Made by a program: the position numbers and the translations under genes. Below the pieces are notes generated by a model. That model saw nothing but the letters and a program-made list of their open reading frames with translations, did no database searches and was not told the origin of the DNA. A DNA stretch of 63,412 nucleotides, the filler included, from Sphacelaria rigidula (taxonomy: Eukaryota), in the NCBI GenBank assembly GCA_964200075.2. It is 11 parts of 11 records of this genome, joined end to end, with 100 filler letters (N's around TTAATTAATTAA, not from the genome) between each part and the next. Parts side by side here need not be neighbours in the genome. Positions count along the whole stretch, not along the records: positions 11,549 to 17,222 come from CAXNAA020025362.1; positions 17,323 to 22,996 come from CAXNAA020025363.1; positions 23,097 to 28,770 come from CAXNAA020025364.1; 8 more parts are not named here. One strand, given 5' to 3'. Below, piece after piece: positions 12,124 to 24,009 of this stretch (position 1 is the stretch's first letter; each line of letters begins with the position of its first letter).

Positions 12124-12200
12124 CTCGTGGGGCAAATCGAGCCGAAGAAGCCTCTGCCGTCGGCGTGATGCTCCTTGCTTCCAGCAGCAATGTGTCCCAC
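12124..12200 (-). CDS. Exon 5 of lectin-like/Tweety-like membrane protein model (post-TM loop)
   Basis: CAG acceptor and GTAC donor. VGHIAAGSKEHHADGRGFFGSICPT(R), phase-compatible with the previous exon. Confidence 0.45.
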
Positions 12201-12562
12201 CTGCCAACCACAAACATTTCACACAAGTGCAAAAACAAAAGAGGTGACATGGAGGCTTGTCAAGAGCATCAACAAAAACACAACGGACAGAAGCAATCAA
12301 CCTAATTGGCGAGATCAGCGCGAAACAAGCGACCAAAAAGACAAAAAATGAAGATGAAGCATGAAACACGGGTTTCTCCCCCTCCTTCCCTCCCTTTCTC
12401 TCTCTCTGTCATCCCACAAAAAAACGGATAATACAATCAACAAAAGAAGACTGTAAGTACACCCCCCAAAAAACATCAGCGTTTTTTGTCGTTCTCGAAA
12501 ATACAAAAACATCGATTAGTGTGATGGGAACCCCGTCGTTCTCCGCTCCTCTCGAATCTCAC

Positions 12563-12633
12563 CGGAAGACAACAGCACGCCACGATAAAGCCAACGACCA
12601 ACACCGGTACGGCAGTAAAGATAATACCGTCGA
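12563..12633 (-). CDS. Exon 4: transmembrane helix + CCC
   Basis: GGCAG acceptor and GTGAGA donor. (V)DGIIFTAVPVLVVGFIVACCCLP, with a phase-1 start matching exon 3. Confidence 0.7.
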
Positions 12634-13669
12634 CTGCCACCGACAGAGAGATAGCGGCATCGTCGAACGACGAAAAAGAGAGGCGTAGACACGTGCACGA
12701 AGAACGGGCCGGGGAGCGGGGGGCGGGAGAGCGACATCGCTGACGGTGAACTTCACGCGAGCTCATAGTAAGTTATGCCTTCTGATCGATGACCCGTGCG
12801 TCGATTATTTTCGAGGTAGCGTGAATAGCTACGACAAAACTGTTTTGGCATTTCGAAACAAAATGAAAAACGACCAAGACGTGGGTGGGGATTTCGGGAG
12901 ACAAGACTAAATATGTCCCAACGGATAGTCCGAAGGCTCTGAGGCGGTACCGGCGTTTCCACGTAAGCCTGCCTATGCGAACGCGTCAACCGGGATATGG
13001 GTCTCTATCTGCTGTGAAGATAGTTCTGCGTACACAGAGGGGATGCTCCGGTCCCCTATATTAGCTTGATGTCATGACGCATCCTCCCAAAGACGCATCT
13101 AGCCATGCCCCTCAGAGCACTTCAGTTCTCTTCCTGTCTCAACCACTCCATGTTGGCCAGACTACCTACCACCGGCCTAGCGCACTCGAGTGAGAACATT
13201 CGAACGAGAGAAAAATACAACGCTATCAACAACGCCAGTCTATCTTACGTCCGCGTGACAAGGCTTCAACCAATCTACTGCGTGGCATTTCTTTTGGAGA
13301 GGTTGCGGATACGCCGGGATAGGTTTACTCGCACTTTCCGACGCCCTGACAGTAGACGAGGATACAGCGCAGAGTGAGTTCGTTCCTCTTTTCTGTGGTG
13401 GCGCTATAATGCATCCACCCCGTTCTACGATATAATCCAACATCTCGAGTGACGACAAGTGATGTGTACGTTTGACGATTGAACAACAGCGAATCAGTTC
13501 TCACTCAAACGGCACACCGTTACCACGAGCGGAGTCAGTAGCAACAGCAAGCACCAGCAGCACCAGGGGCTACTCAAGGCACAACACCGCCATTGCGCGC
13601 ATGCACAGCAGGAGTAATACCCAGCACCCCGCGCGCACAGCACAGCAGCTTCATATCGCAGGCACGCAC

Positions 13670-13859
13670 CGTATCCATCATCGGCCAGGTCGAACTCGTT
13701 ACTCCCGGCTACGCGCACCCAGCTATTCAAGTGCTCCACTGTGGGCGTAAGAGTGTACTCCGGTCGTGTGTAATTATCAACCTCCCATTCCGCTAATTGC
13801 ACGTCCGGCAGCGCCCCCGTGGTCACATCGATAGCCTCTGTAGAAGCTCCGGCGCAAGT
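13670..13859 (-). CDS. Exon 3: Tweety-like N-terminal segment
   Basis: TCAGASTEAIDVTTGALPDVQLAEWEVDNYTRPEYTLTPTVEHLNSWVRVAGSNEFDLADDGY with a GTGCGT donor. The acceptor is AAG at 13862-13860, or alternatively CAG giving a start at 13837. The pattern Y..xV..L....R....F......Y before TM1 resembles the Tweety/TTYH N-terminus. Confidence 0.62.
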
Positions 13860-14732
13860 CTTGAGTTTTGTGTGTTCATGCGTTTTCGTGTATTTGGGGT
13901 TGAGGGTGAGGGTGAGGGTGGGGGTGGGAGGGATCGCCACATGTGCATTGATCCTAATTTCGTGTTCATTATACTTAAAAAATCTACGAAATGTCTATCA
14001 TGCACGACCGTGTAACCATATGGATGCAACTTCATGGCAGGAGATCTTGAACTATATACACGGAAGGAACGATTTTTTCCCGGGGAGGGTATCGCCCAAA
14101 CCATTTTGGGGTCATGACTTGGATGCCGTAGAGAGAGTGCAGAGAGTGTATGAAAACGGGGTGGTCAAACGACAAGGAGGTCTTGTCACAAATGATCAAC
14201 GTCAGCATCGACGGAATGGAAGCGTCGCACATATTCACCGCGGTTCTGGTTGGTCATTTATTCCAAGCGTGTACTTCGAATTTGGCATCATGGCACAAAG
14301 GGAGAATAACTTTCGAGATAACCAAGAGATGACACGGATGCAATCCTTTTGAAATTGCGGTTGTTTTTAGTAAAATATACACACAAAAAAATCGATGCCC
14401 GGTAATGTAGTAGGGGTATAGCACAAATGAGTACTATAACCATGACACGAAACGTGGGGTAACACTTTCGAGAAAGCAACAGATGAACGAGTTTGATTCT
14501 TAACGGGTTGCCATTGTTTTTATTTTAGTATAATACGTCGACACACATAGCCATCCGGTGCCCCCGTATCCACGAGGGTATACAGGGCAGGATAAACCGA
14601 TATTACATAGAGAACCAGTGCATCTTGATATCTTCTATTGTGTGCACGCCACGGTCGGGTGACCCATGGCGTTGCCGTCGACACCCCAGCACCGTAACCC
14701 TTCATCCACACCATATCGCCTAGTCAGCTCAC

Positions 14733-14846
14733 ATCGTTTGCAGGGGGGCAGTACGATGGCCCCCCTTCCCGCGACCAGCAGAGCGAATCGCCGAGATCAT
14801 CCCCATCTGACGTGTAGCGCAGCCACACCGTCTCAACGCCAGCGTC
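14733..14846 (-). CDS. Exon 2: end of Mtc6/PI-PLC-associated lectin-like module
   Basis: CCCGCAG acceptor. DAGVETVWLRYTSDGDDLGDSLCWSREGGPSYCPPAND, then either a GTGAGC donor or read-through to TGA at 14726-14724. Confidence 0.72.
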
Positions 14847-16166
14847 CTGCGGGAAAATGACCACATCCCGCGAAAATGACGAAAACAACGAAGCAAAACC
14901 CAATGCATTAGTTGAGCTTTCGCGTTCTAGTTTGGGGATTTGAGGTGACACGCTCTACACATTTGGAGTTCAAATTAACCCTTGAGGAACCGACGCACTT
15001 CAGCAGTTTATTTTTCCAACCGTTCTTCTCATAGCTCAGCAAACCTCCCGCCCCCTCCCGTCACTTGCACTCGTTGGGACGGACCCGTAGTCTTGAGAGA
15101 TCCACTCTTCTCCCCTCTCGACATGGTCCCAAATGCCAGTACTCATACAACCTGTCGCTTATTTACCGATTCCTCTGTTCTCTTGCTTAGCGCGCGTTTT
15201 CACTTTTTGTACGATGACACACCTCAGGAAGAGGGAGAGGGAAAAAAGTAATGTGTTTCGTAATCGAATGTACGTGGATCACCGACGTTCAAATAAACTA
15301 CGACACCTGTCACAGCGAAAAACATCCCAGCTTCGTCACATGATCGTCCAAGTAGAGCACGGCGTATTACCACCCGGTCGTGTCACATGTTAGAGACATA
15401 TATTTTCACCCAGGCATGGCATTTAAGGGGTGGTATGCAACGTCTCGCGGTGCAGTACCATAGGTACCGATATGTTGCGAAAACCGCGGGAATCCTATTA
15501 CACGGGGAGAGCTATTCAGGGGGTGATATACAGCGCACGGGCGATATCTACATCGTGTTTGTTGATACGTCGCCAACAACCAGAGCCTTCAAGACTTCGC
15601 TGGGTCGTGCCTGAGCTCCGATGCCCCGAGGGTCAAATTCCTCGAAACGAAACTTGGTGATTGTAGTACAGTATGATAAACGGTACCCATGGAACAATGC
15701 GATATGAAAAAAATGTGATTGTAGTACAGATAGTTGCGAGTAAACGATACCACTCCAACATGATACAGCGTGGCTGCCCTTGAATCACTTGGTGAATTTA
15801 TGCCCCAGACGGGAGAAGAAAAAAGAAAGGTAAGTTATGCACTACCTCAACAAGGGCCTGCTATTTTACTAGTCTTTCATTACTTTCTTCTAACGGGCAT
15901 ATCCGTTCACTTAGCTCGATTGATTGATGTCTACATTTTGATTGCGGTTGGGTTCGAGGTGGTTAACTCAATTGTGCGACAGTCCATCGATTGATGAAGC
16001 AACCACTCGATCCACCAGCGTGGACCACTTCACTTGCAAGGATGCAAGGATAGTACACGTTGAACACTCTAAAAATAACACTCGATCGGCACGTACAGAT
16101 TGTACGAACGCGAATTGTTGACAGTAGACAGCCTTGAGGGAGAAAAATAACACCTGTTTCACTCAC

Positions 16167-16492
16167 CTCCATTGCCCTCCGAACAGCCAAATTCTCGAAT
16201 GCAGTCCTCGGCGCGCTGAACACAAAACCTCCCCCAAGGGAAGCGCACGCCTCATCAGCCAAGTCAAACAGCCCAGTGTACTGGTACGACCCTCCGCCAT
16301 CATCGTCCTCGCTATCATCCTCCTCACTATCGTCATCATCCTCGCTATCATCATCATCCTCCTCACTATCGTCATCATCTTCGTCTTCACTATCTCCATC
16401 GTCGTCACTTTCGTCGCCATCATCATCCTCTTGTAAAGATGCCGAGGCGTTGTATACGGGCACTACTCTCCAAAAGTACCGCTCGCTTTGGT
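16167..16492 (-). CDS. Exon 1 (internal): acidic tract + lectin-like module
   Basis: TTCGCAG acceptor and GAG|GTGAGT donor. DQSERYFWRVV-(D/E/S-rich tract)-FDLADEACASLGGGFVFSAPRTAFENLAVRRAME. The C..G..F..PRT..EN motif resembles the C-terminal module of fungal Mtc6 and PLC-like phosphodiesterases. Confidence 0.78.
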
Positions 16493-17437
16493 CTGCGAAA
16501 TGGAACATGACACACGAATCGGGATGAGAGGGCGGCGGGGAGGGGGAGGACAAGATCAGCCAAAGCAGGGAGAGTTTATTCTTGATGCTGTTGTTGGACA
16601 TGTTTGACGACGTACGTGCTGCGAGTTTCGTCAGATAATGTCTTCACATTCATGTTGAGTGTACAAATACGTCCATCTGGTACCATGACTGGTGAACCAA
16701 TCGGTTATTGCTTAACGTGCGACAATCAATCGAACCAACTCACCAAGAGAGACACGGTAGTCCGAAGTACAAAACTTAGCAAAACGGTTCGTGTACAAGC
16801 TGCTATGTATACTCAGAGGACAAGACTATGTGTGATTTCCGGTCTTCGAGACTGCCAACAGCAAAGCAAGGCACATCCCCTTGGAAATCATGGAGAGCGC
16901 GATGTTGCAATCCGTCTCGTGCCTTCGCTGTTGGACATTGGCTACTGTGGCTCAAGAAGACAGAGGCATGGACAGGGAGCGATGCCGCATGCCATCACCG
17001 TGGGGGCCATGAACCATCTCGTTTTTTCCCGGGGAGCGCTTTTTGCATAAGATGATCCACCAAGACCGCTCGTTTCTGTCTTGTAAAAAAATGGCCAAAC
17101 AAGGTTTGTCCCAGTCCCACCTACCCGTAATCCCCATCTGAGAGCCGGGTGAGGGAAGGGGAACGAAGCGGGGTGGGGGGGGGTGTACTCATGATAATGC
17201 TTGCCATAGTCATCAGACCATTNNNNNNNNNNNNNNNNNNNNNNNNNNNNNNNNNNNNNNNNNNNNTTAATTAATTAANNNNNNNNNNNNNNNNNNNNNN
17301 NNNNNNNNNNNNNNNNNNNNNNCGAATGTTCGGATAACATGCCAAACTATCATTTTTGCGCATAATCGGCTCGCGTGCTTTGGTACACGTAGAACGTTAT
17401 ATGAATAAATTAGAGCAAAAGTCATGAGAAGATGTCT

Positions 17438-17691
17438 TAGACACTTTCTACGATAGCCCCCCCCCAAAGCCAGCCCAAAGGTGTCACAAAACAAATGGCT
17501 ATACAGCTCCTGATGCTTCGGTTCAGGCCGCATGAAGCGCCTCATATTGGCGATAGTGGCTAAAACGAACCCAAGCGTGGGAATCCCCAGCTGCTCGTTG
17601 TGCTCGACTTTTCCCACTTCGATTTATGTGAAGATTTTGCCTTCCAAAATCATGCACTTCTGTGAGAGCGGGCTATCGTAAAAAGAGCCCC
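17438..17691. mobile_element. GAG-terminal MITE family C (254 bp) inserted in copia pol
   Basis: Left TIR (T)AGACACTTTCTACGATAGCCC and degenerate right TIR GGGCTATCGTAAAAAGAGCCCC. It splits the copia ...CL|VGYD..SPSYRIYN motif. TSD unclear. Confidence 0.75.
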
Positions 17692-18159
17692 TAGTAGGCT
17701 ATGACTTGTAGCCCGTCTTATCGTATATACAATCGAGAAACTGGTTGAATTGCAAGTTCGAGGAATGTTACCTTCATAGAACAAGCAACCGGGATTATCT
17801 CCAATTATACACATGCTACTTGGGGGAGAGAAAACGGGGATAGTAATGATGATATTTTCGAACTTCCAAACGATGAACAGCAAGAACATTTCAACTTTAG
17901 CAACGATATATACGACGGTATCACTCGATTAGAGCACTCACCTATTGAGCAAACTACACCGATGCGACTTCGTTCTGCGGGTAGCCCAGATCGTGATACA
18001 TCTCAACAAATGAACACCCGGCAAGCCAGAGAATTGCGCAAATTTGCCATCAACTCTGCTGAGTACTATCAACACTCGAAAATAATTCTCGATAATGTTA
18101 CCCAATATATAGAAGTAGTCGGTATCGAAGATGTACCACCTGCATCCATCCCACTTCCA

Positions 18160-19714
18160 AATACCTATAAACAGGCGTTATCTTCACCATTTGCAACGAA
18201 GTGAAAAGCTGCCATGCTAGACGAACTACAAAGCATATCGGACCACAAAGTGGCAGATACTTTTCCAGCAAGTTTGGTACCTCCAAACAACAACATAGTT
18301 GGTATGCTTTGGGTGTACAAAGTTAAAGCAAATGAAAAGATTCAAGGCTCGTTTAGTTGTTCAAGGTTGGGCACAGAAATATGGGTTTGACTGTGGAAGT
18401 ACCTCCGCACCTTTATGTAGACTAGAAAATCAGAGGACTTCATTAGCAATAGCTACAGTGAAAAATTGGCCCATAATAGCTCTTGATGTGCAAACCGCAT
18501 TTTTTAACGGCAGATTGAAAGAAACTGCGTTCTGTAAACAGGCACCTGGATTTGAAACATCAGATCCAGATACTGGTAAACCACATGTGATGCGTCTTAG
18601 GCGTGCTTTATACGGGCTACGCCAAAGTCCTAAAGTGTGGAATTTTACAATTGAGACTGAACTACAGAGCATAGGTTTCAAAGCGACTGCAAGTGATCCG
18701 TGTGTTTATACAAGGGGGCAACAAGAACACGACGTCATGATCACTTTGTTCGTTGACGATATCCTAGATACAGGACCATGCATCGAAATCTCACAAAGTG
18801 TACAAGACACTCTCAAAACAAAAATTGCAATAACAGACTTAGGACCTGTTTCACTTATTTTAGGCATGGGGGTAATCATAGATTCTGAAAGAGGGTTCGT
18901 GAAACTTTCACAGCATAATATGTACCAAATATTCTACAAAAGTTCAAAATGGACTCCTGCAACACCGTACATACACCAGGTATAGCAAATCAGTATACCG
19001 AAGAACCAGAAGAAAATCTTTCAGACCAAGAACAGACGAAACAATACCAAGCAATGGTGGGTAGTCTAATCTTCTAGCACAATGCACCAGATTCGACATA
19101 GCCTTCAGCGTTACTCAGGCAGCTCGCCATATGAGTAAACCAACTACCCATCATTCAGCTGCAGTGAAACGTGTATTTCGGTCCTTGAAAGGGATACCGA
19201 ACCTACCTATCACGTACCGCTTCTCGAAGAATAACTCGAAACTACGAGGATATAGTGATTCTTCATACGGTAACTCAGGTTCACAAGGTAGAATGAGATC
19301 AACCACAAGAACTATGTTTTTTTATCTCACGGATTACTCCACTTTTCTTCAAGTCTGCAGAAAATTTCGGCTTCTTCAACTACTGAAGCAGAACTGATAG
19401 CTTCAGCCAAGGGGGGAAAATTTGGAATGCATTTACTAAATCTCCTACGTGAACTTGGCTGGTCATCGATGGAAACACCCACTATTCTTTCAGATTCTCA
19501 AAGGGCACTCAATTTATCATCAAATCCTGACTATAGCACGAGTAGCAAACATCTAGCTATAAAGTGTTTTAATCTGAAAGATATGATAAGAAACGATCAA
19601 GTAAGAATCAATCATGTGAAGTCAGAAAATCAACTTGCTGACATCTTCACAAAATATTGCAAAAAAATAGTACACCACAGACTCTTGCAACAGGTGGAGG
19701 ACTTTGGGAAATAA
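18160..19714 (+). pseudogene. Copia RT-RNase H pseudogene
   Basis: ORF fragments 18299-18985, 19131-19397 and 19427-19714 are separated by frameshifts and stops. Confidence 0.9.
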
Positions 19715-20507
19715 CTATTCAAGTGGAGCAGATACTGACGAGGGGAAGAGATCAGCATCGCTTCCAAGATCGCAGGTCAAGAAAAATGGATGGGCGCATC
19801 GGCAACGATGACAACAACATCCACAACATCACGAGACGCTCTGGTCACCGCCGACGCTCACATCGTCACCACGTAAGAAACAATGTCACCAGGCAAGGAG
19901 CTAGTAGAAGTGTTTGGGGAGAAAGAAGGAATATAGTGGAGGAAAGTTTGGTACCCGGGCAGTCGATATTCGGAAGGAGGAAATTGGCACATATTCTGAA
20001 ATGGCTAGGATGTATGGATACCAGTATTTACCCTACAATTGTTACATTTCTTATGAGCCTTCCAGCATTTCATAAATAGTGATTTAATTTTCGTTCTAGA
20101 TCCAAAGATATTCAATTTTGTGTAAGGCATGGTACAAGGGAAATGTCGATGAGTTTGATTTTATTTTACTGAAAAGGGTTCACGGAGCTATAGTGTCTAG
20201 GGCCAATGCAACAAGATTGAACACTCAACCTATATTTCGTTCAAGCATATATTTTAGGGATCCGAATGTTGTAACTTCGTGGCAAATGTAGTAACTTCGT
20301 GTTGGGTGGTATAATTGAGTGGATATCTACGGGTAAGTTTATTTAGTGCTTTTCATGGAGAAGATTTTCATCATATGTTTGCTTATGTTTCCTGTACGGT
20401 CATGTTTATTTTTAATCAAGATATACAAATACTTTCCAGGGGGGGTGTTGGAAAGAAATCTATTTCGTAGATGCATGCAACTTTAGCGTAGATTACGTTA
20501 CGGTTCA

Positions 20508-20764
20508 GAGTGATGCTACGGTAGGGGTGCAGTCATATTTTCTGAGGTTAGAATTATTAGGCGCCCTTTATCTCATGCGAAACACGACCTATGAAAAAAT
20601 ATGAAAGTACTTCAGGATTACTACTCCAACGTGCTGGGGATATCCCGAATCAATTTGTAAACGGGGATGCCCTGACCCATATTTTCGTGCATCTAGAATC
20701 GTTAGTAGTCCCTGAAATAGACATAATTTCGCGAAAAAAGTGCACCCCTACCGTAGCATTGCTC
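20508..20764. mobile_element. GAG-terminal MITE family A (257 bp), 4-bp TSD TTCA
   Basis: TIRs GAGTGATGCTACGGTAGGGGTGCA / TGCACCCCTACCGTAGCATTGCTC. TTCA at 20504-20507 and 20765-20768. Inserted in the copia LTR. Confidence 0.92.
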
Positions 20765-21044
20765 TTCAGCATGAACAACAACATACGTAGAACGTAGAAC
20801 ATACAGTACGAATGGATTTTGACTGTGGGGTTACGCAGGATTGATGAATGCATAGGTCGAACTGTTTCTGTCAGAATGGTGAAGAGCTTGAGTCGAGGAG
20901 TCTACAGTATTAAGAGTTCATGGATGTCGAGTGCATGGTCATAGAGTTCAGGTCGTACAGTTTATAGTACGAAAGGCTTTGTTGGGATAGCACAGTTTTC
21001 TGAGATGCCACCTCGTGGTCACTCTCCACTTTTCTCCATTCAAG

Positions 21045-22144
21045 AGAGAGTTTCGGAAGATTTTGTTTCCGATCATAGAGTCAGAGTGCAGTAGGAAGCG
21101 TTGAACTTCAGAGTGGACGCTGAAAAGTTCATAGTGGAAGCTGATGTGACTTGATGTGGACTTTTTTTCCCCGCAGTGATTGGCCGCAGGTTGTGCCGCC
21201 AAATAAATGTGCGATCGCCCAGCGTGCAGTCGGGTGCAGTCCGAAAATGCATCAGTCAAGACAGCATGTATTTGCTGTACCATACCCTGCGGCACCGTAC
21301 GTGCCGTACACCACCCTTCATTGCACCTGTAGTACTTCAATCCACCACGGTGCACCACAGGGTGCTGTAGTGCTGTAGGACTGTGCAGTGTAGAGTACAG
21401 CCAGTGCAGTATAGAGAGTGCAATGCAGAACCCTACAACAGTACATCGAGGTACGGTGAACTACAGCGATGCCGTACAGACAGTCAGTTGTACAGTAATA
21501 CAGCAGCACAACGATACAATAGTATGCAGCACTTTCAAACAACATACAAGGCCGCATCGTGATGGTTTCCCAACATACCACCCATAAGTGTGGTGCAAGA
21601 AGTCATGACCTCTAACGAAATGGTAATGTAGCCAGGTGTAGTACTGTTTGTGCGTTGTAGACTACGAATCGTTCACACCGTCTTCTTACAGCTGAGGCTG
21701 GCAAGAGTGAGGAACTGCAACTCAAGGTCAACGTGTGCCCGTCGAGCATTTAAATATTCACGCAACACAACCAAGCGAATGCTGATACCATGGCGGCGTC
21801 AGGCAGGTGTTCTGATTGTCATGCCAAGCTTTTCTACTTCGTGAATATCCCATTGTGATGAGTATATCAGTTTCGATGGATGAGGAATGTCCCACTTTGC
21901 TTTTTAGAGTGTATTGACTTTGGACTGGACGTGACCACGGCGGTGAAGATTGGCGTGGTTCTTCTTCACTCCGCTATGAGCTCTGAAGAGGAACAACGGT
22001 TTTCAGAGTGAAGCGGTGCAAACGGCACTCTGACTCTGAAAAATTAGCTCTGAAAAGAACTTCATAGCAGAAAGTGCACCGGTACCGGCTATTTTTCCTC
22101 CCACTCTGACTCGAAGATTTGAAAAATGTTTACCGAAACTCTCT
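21045..22144. mobile_element. ~1.1-kb non-autonomous DNA element
   Basis: Inverted ends AGAGAGTTTCGG...GAGTCAGAGTG / CACTCTGACTC...CCGAAACTCTCT with repeated CAGAGTG/CTCTGA subterminal motifs. TSD ambiguous. Confidence 0.6.
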
Positions 22145-22370
22145 AATCAAGCCTATCAGCTTGTTATCGGTTTCTGCGTTAATAAGAAACCAAGTATTTT
22201 ATTGTGTTTGTTCGATCGAATGAAGAGCCAACCTTGAAACATCATATCTTCTTCAATTGCAAAACCAAGTGTTTAACAACACTGTGCGGCCTCTGCGAGC
22301 TCTTTTGTCAGAGCTGGGTTCACGTGGGGGACCGTGTTCCTGTCGAATTGACAGTCGAACGTTGCAAGGG

Positions 22371-22935
22371 TAGGTCGAGTACAGTATACTCAATACTCAG
22401 TATTTTTGAAGAGTCATACTTTCAGTACTCAAAATTTTAGTCGAGTATTTGAAACCATACTCACCCTACTCAAACTTTGAGTTGAGTATTTGAGGCCGCT
22501 CTCGACCTACTCAAATTGTGAGTGGAGTATTGAGGTCACACTCAAGTGAAACCCTATACTCAAGTATTACTTAGAGTACTTACTCAAAATTTGAGTAGAG
22601 TATTTGATGTCGTACCCGATCTACTCAAGATTTGAGTTGAGTATTTGAGACCATACTCCACGTAATCAAACTTTGAGTTGAGTATCGGAGGCCGTACTTG
22701 ACCTACTCAAACGTCGAGTAGAGTATTGAGGTCATACTCAAGTAATACTCTATACTCAAGTATTACCGAGAGTGCTTACTCAATATTTGAGTAGAGTATT
22801 TGAGGTCGTACTCGGTCTACTCAAAATTTGACTAGAGTATTGAGGTCATACTCGGTGATACTCTATACTCAAGTATTACTGAGAGTGCTTACTCAAAAAT
22901 TGAGGAGAGTATCGGAGGCCGTACTGGACCTACGC
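22371..22935. repeat. Higher-order palindromic minisatellite (TACTCAAAnTTTGAGTA core; ~41-bp and ~74-bp units)
   Basis: About 10 diverged units, e.g. CTACTCAAACTTTGAGTTGAGTATTTGAGGCCGCTCTCGAC. Three longer units carry TATACTCAAGTATTAC. Confidence 0.9.
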
Positions 22936-23237
22936 ACAATTTAACAGCCGATTTTAAATTTTGGGGTTCATACAAAATATGGGGTTGAAGTGGCATNNNN
23001 NNNNNNNNNNNNNNNNNNNNNNNNNNNNNNNNNNNNNNNNTTAATTAATTAANNNNNNNNNNNNNNNNNNNNNNNNNNNNNNNNNNNNNNNNNNNNTGTT
23101 CAGGGGTCCACGGGGATAAAGTTTGGGGGGTGTTGTGAGCTCGGGCGTGAGGGATGGGGAGATGGTCGGTGGTCTCTTCACCGCTAGGCTAGTTTGTCAA
23201 CATGGTAACTCGGTCGAAGCAACCACACTTATCAATA

Positions 23238-23502
23238 GAGATTCATGTTACGATAGGGATTGCACATTAGGGCCCAAGTCTTTCTCATTCAGGAGCGCCT
23301 AAAGTTGAAGTTGGGAACTACACAAGAATATGGGTCAGGACATGCCCGTTTAAACATCCATTCGGTGCATCCTTACCTCATTGAAATTCTAATCGTAGCT
23401 TGGTCTCACATATTTCATGGGTCGCTCTTTTGGATGGGATGGAGGGCTCCCAATGGTTCGAACCTCAGAAAAAAAAAGTGCACTCCTTCCGCAGCACCAC
23501 TC
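23238..23502. mobile_element. Diverged copy of MITE family A
   Basis: GAGATTCATGTTACGATAGGGATTGCAC...GTGCACTCCTTCCGCAGCACCACTC. The internal CACAAGAATATGGGTCAGG is shared with 51214-51477. TSD AATA/AAGA. Confidence 0.7.
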
Positions 23503-23700
23503 AAGAGTAAAATTATAAATATTATGGCAGCGATAGATGACAGTTTCGGTACCTCACGACACAATACACTTGCCCAATCCTGGCAGTACTTGCAGAACAG
23601 AAAGTGAACACACGATCGTCATCAGTGATAGCGCCCGTTTCTTCAGCAATATACATATGTATGATTCCCTTTGTCGTCGGCGACGAGCAACTGCACTCAC

Positions 23701-23833
23701 ATGATTCAACTTCTTTGAGCCACTTTTTGGAGCCTTCATCATCACCACCGCCACCGGCACCATCATCATCACCATCATCATCATCACTCTTTCGAAACAT
23801 CTTGGTGGCATCCTGCCGAGCCGTTGGTTCGTG
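23701..23833 (-). CDS. Possible isolated exon, unknown protein
   Basis: TTTCAG acceptor and GTGAGT donor flank HEPTARQDATKMFRKSDDDDGDDDGAGGGGDDEGSKKWLKEVES. No recognisable domain. Confidence 0.3.
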
Positions 23834-24009
23834 CTGAAAGCGTGCAGCAGGGGAAGTCGATGGGGACGGAAATCGCAAGTGAGGCTTGATGCATTATCGT
23901 CTCACATCTGTCAGCTGTGATCGGGAAGTATCCCAGGCCGTATTCACACAACACGCACACACGAACAGATTGCGGTTTCAGAGGAGGAAGGATTCCGCTG
24001 AGATTCGGG

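Larger units (their letters stand above)
17323..20507 (+). mobile_element. Ty1/copia LTR retrotransposon, degenerate 3' part (post-integrase region, RT, RNase H, PPT, LTR start)
   Basis: FKARLVVQG, LDVQTAFFNG, LYGLRQSPKVWN, LFVDDIL, GYSDSSY, SKHLAIK, NQLADIFTK, with several stops and frameshifts. PPT AGGGGGGG at 20438-20445 is followed by TGTTGG at 20446. LTR end not determined. Confidence 0.95.

Noticed and set aside
12003..12200. SET-domain-like ORF (RYMYINDHAPSNVIF...SYG)
   Set aside because: The SET-like words fall after a GTAC donor at 12123 and the spacing is too short. The 5' part is better explained as an exon of the membrane-protein model.
13895..13931. Telomere
   Set aside because: This is a short degenerate (TGAGGG)n tract inside an intron, not terminal.
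22371..22935. CRISPR array
   Set aside because: The repeats are palindromic, but the intervening sequences are homologous to each other rather than unique spacers. There are no cas genes and the context is eukaryotic.
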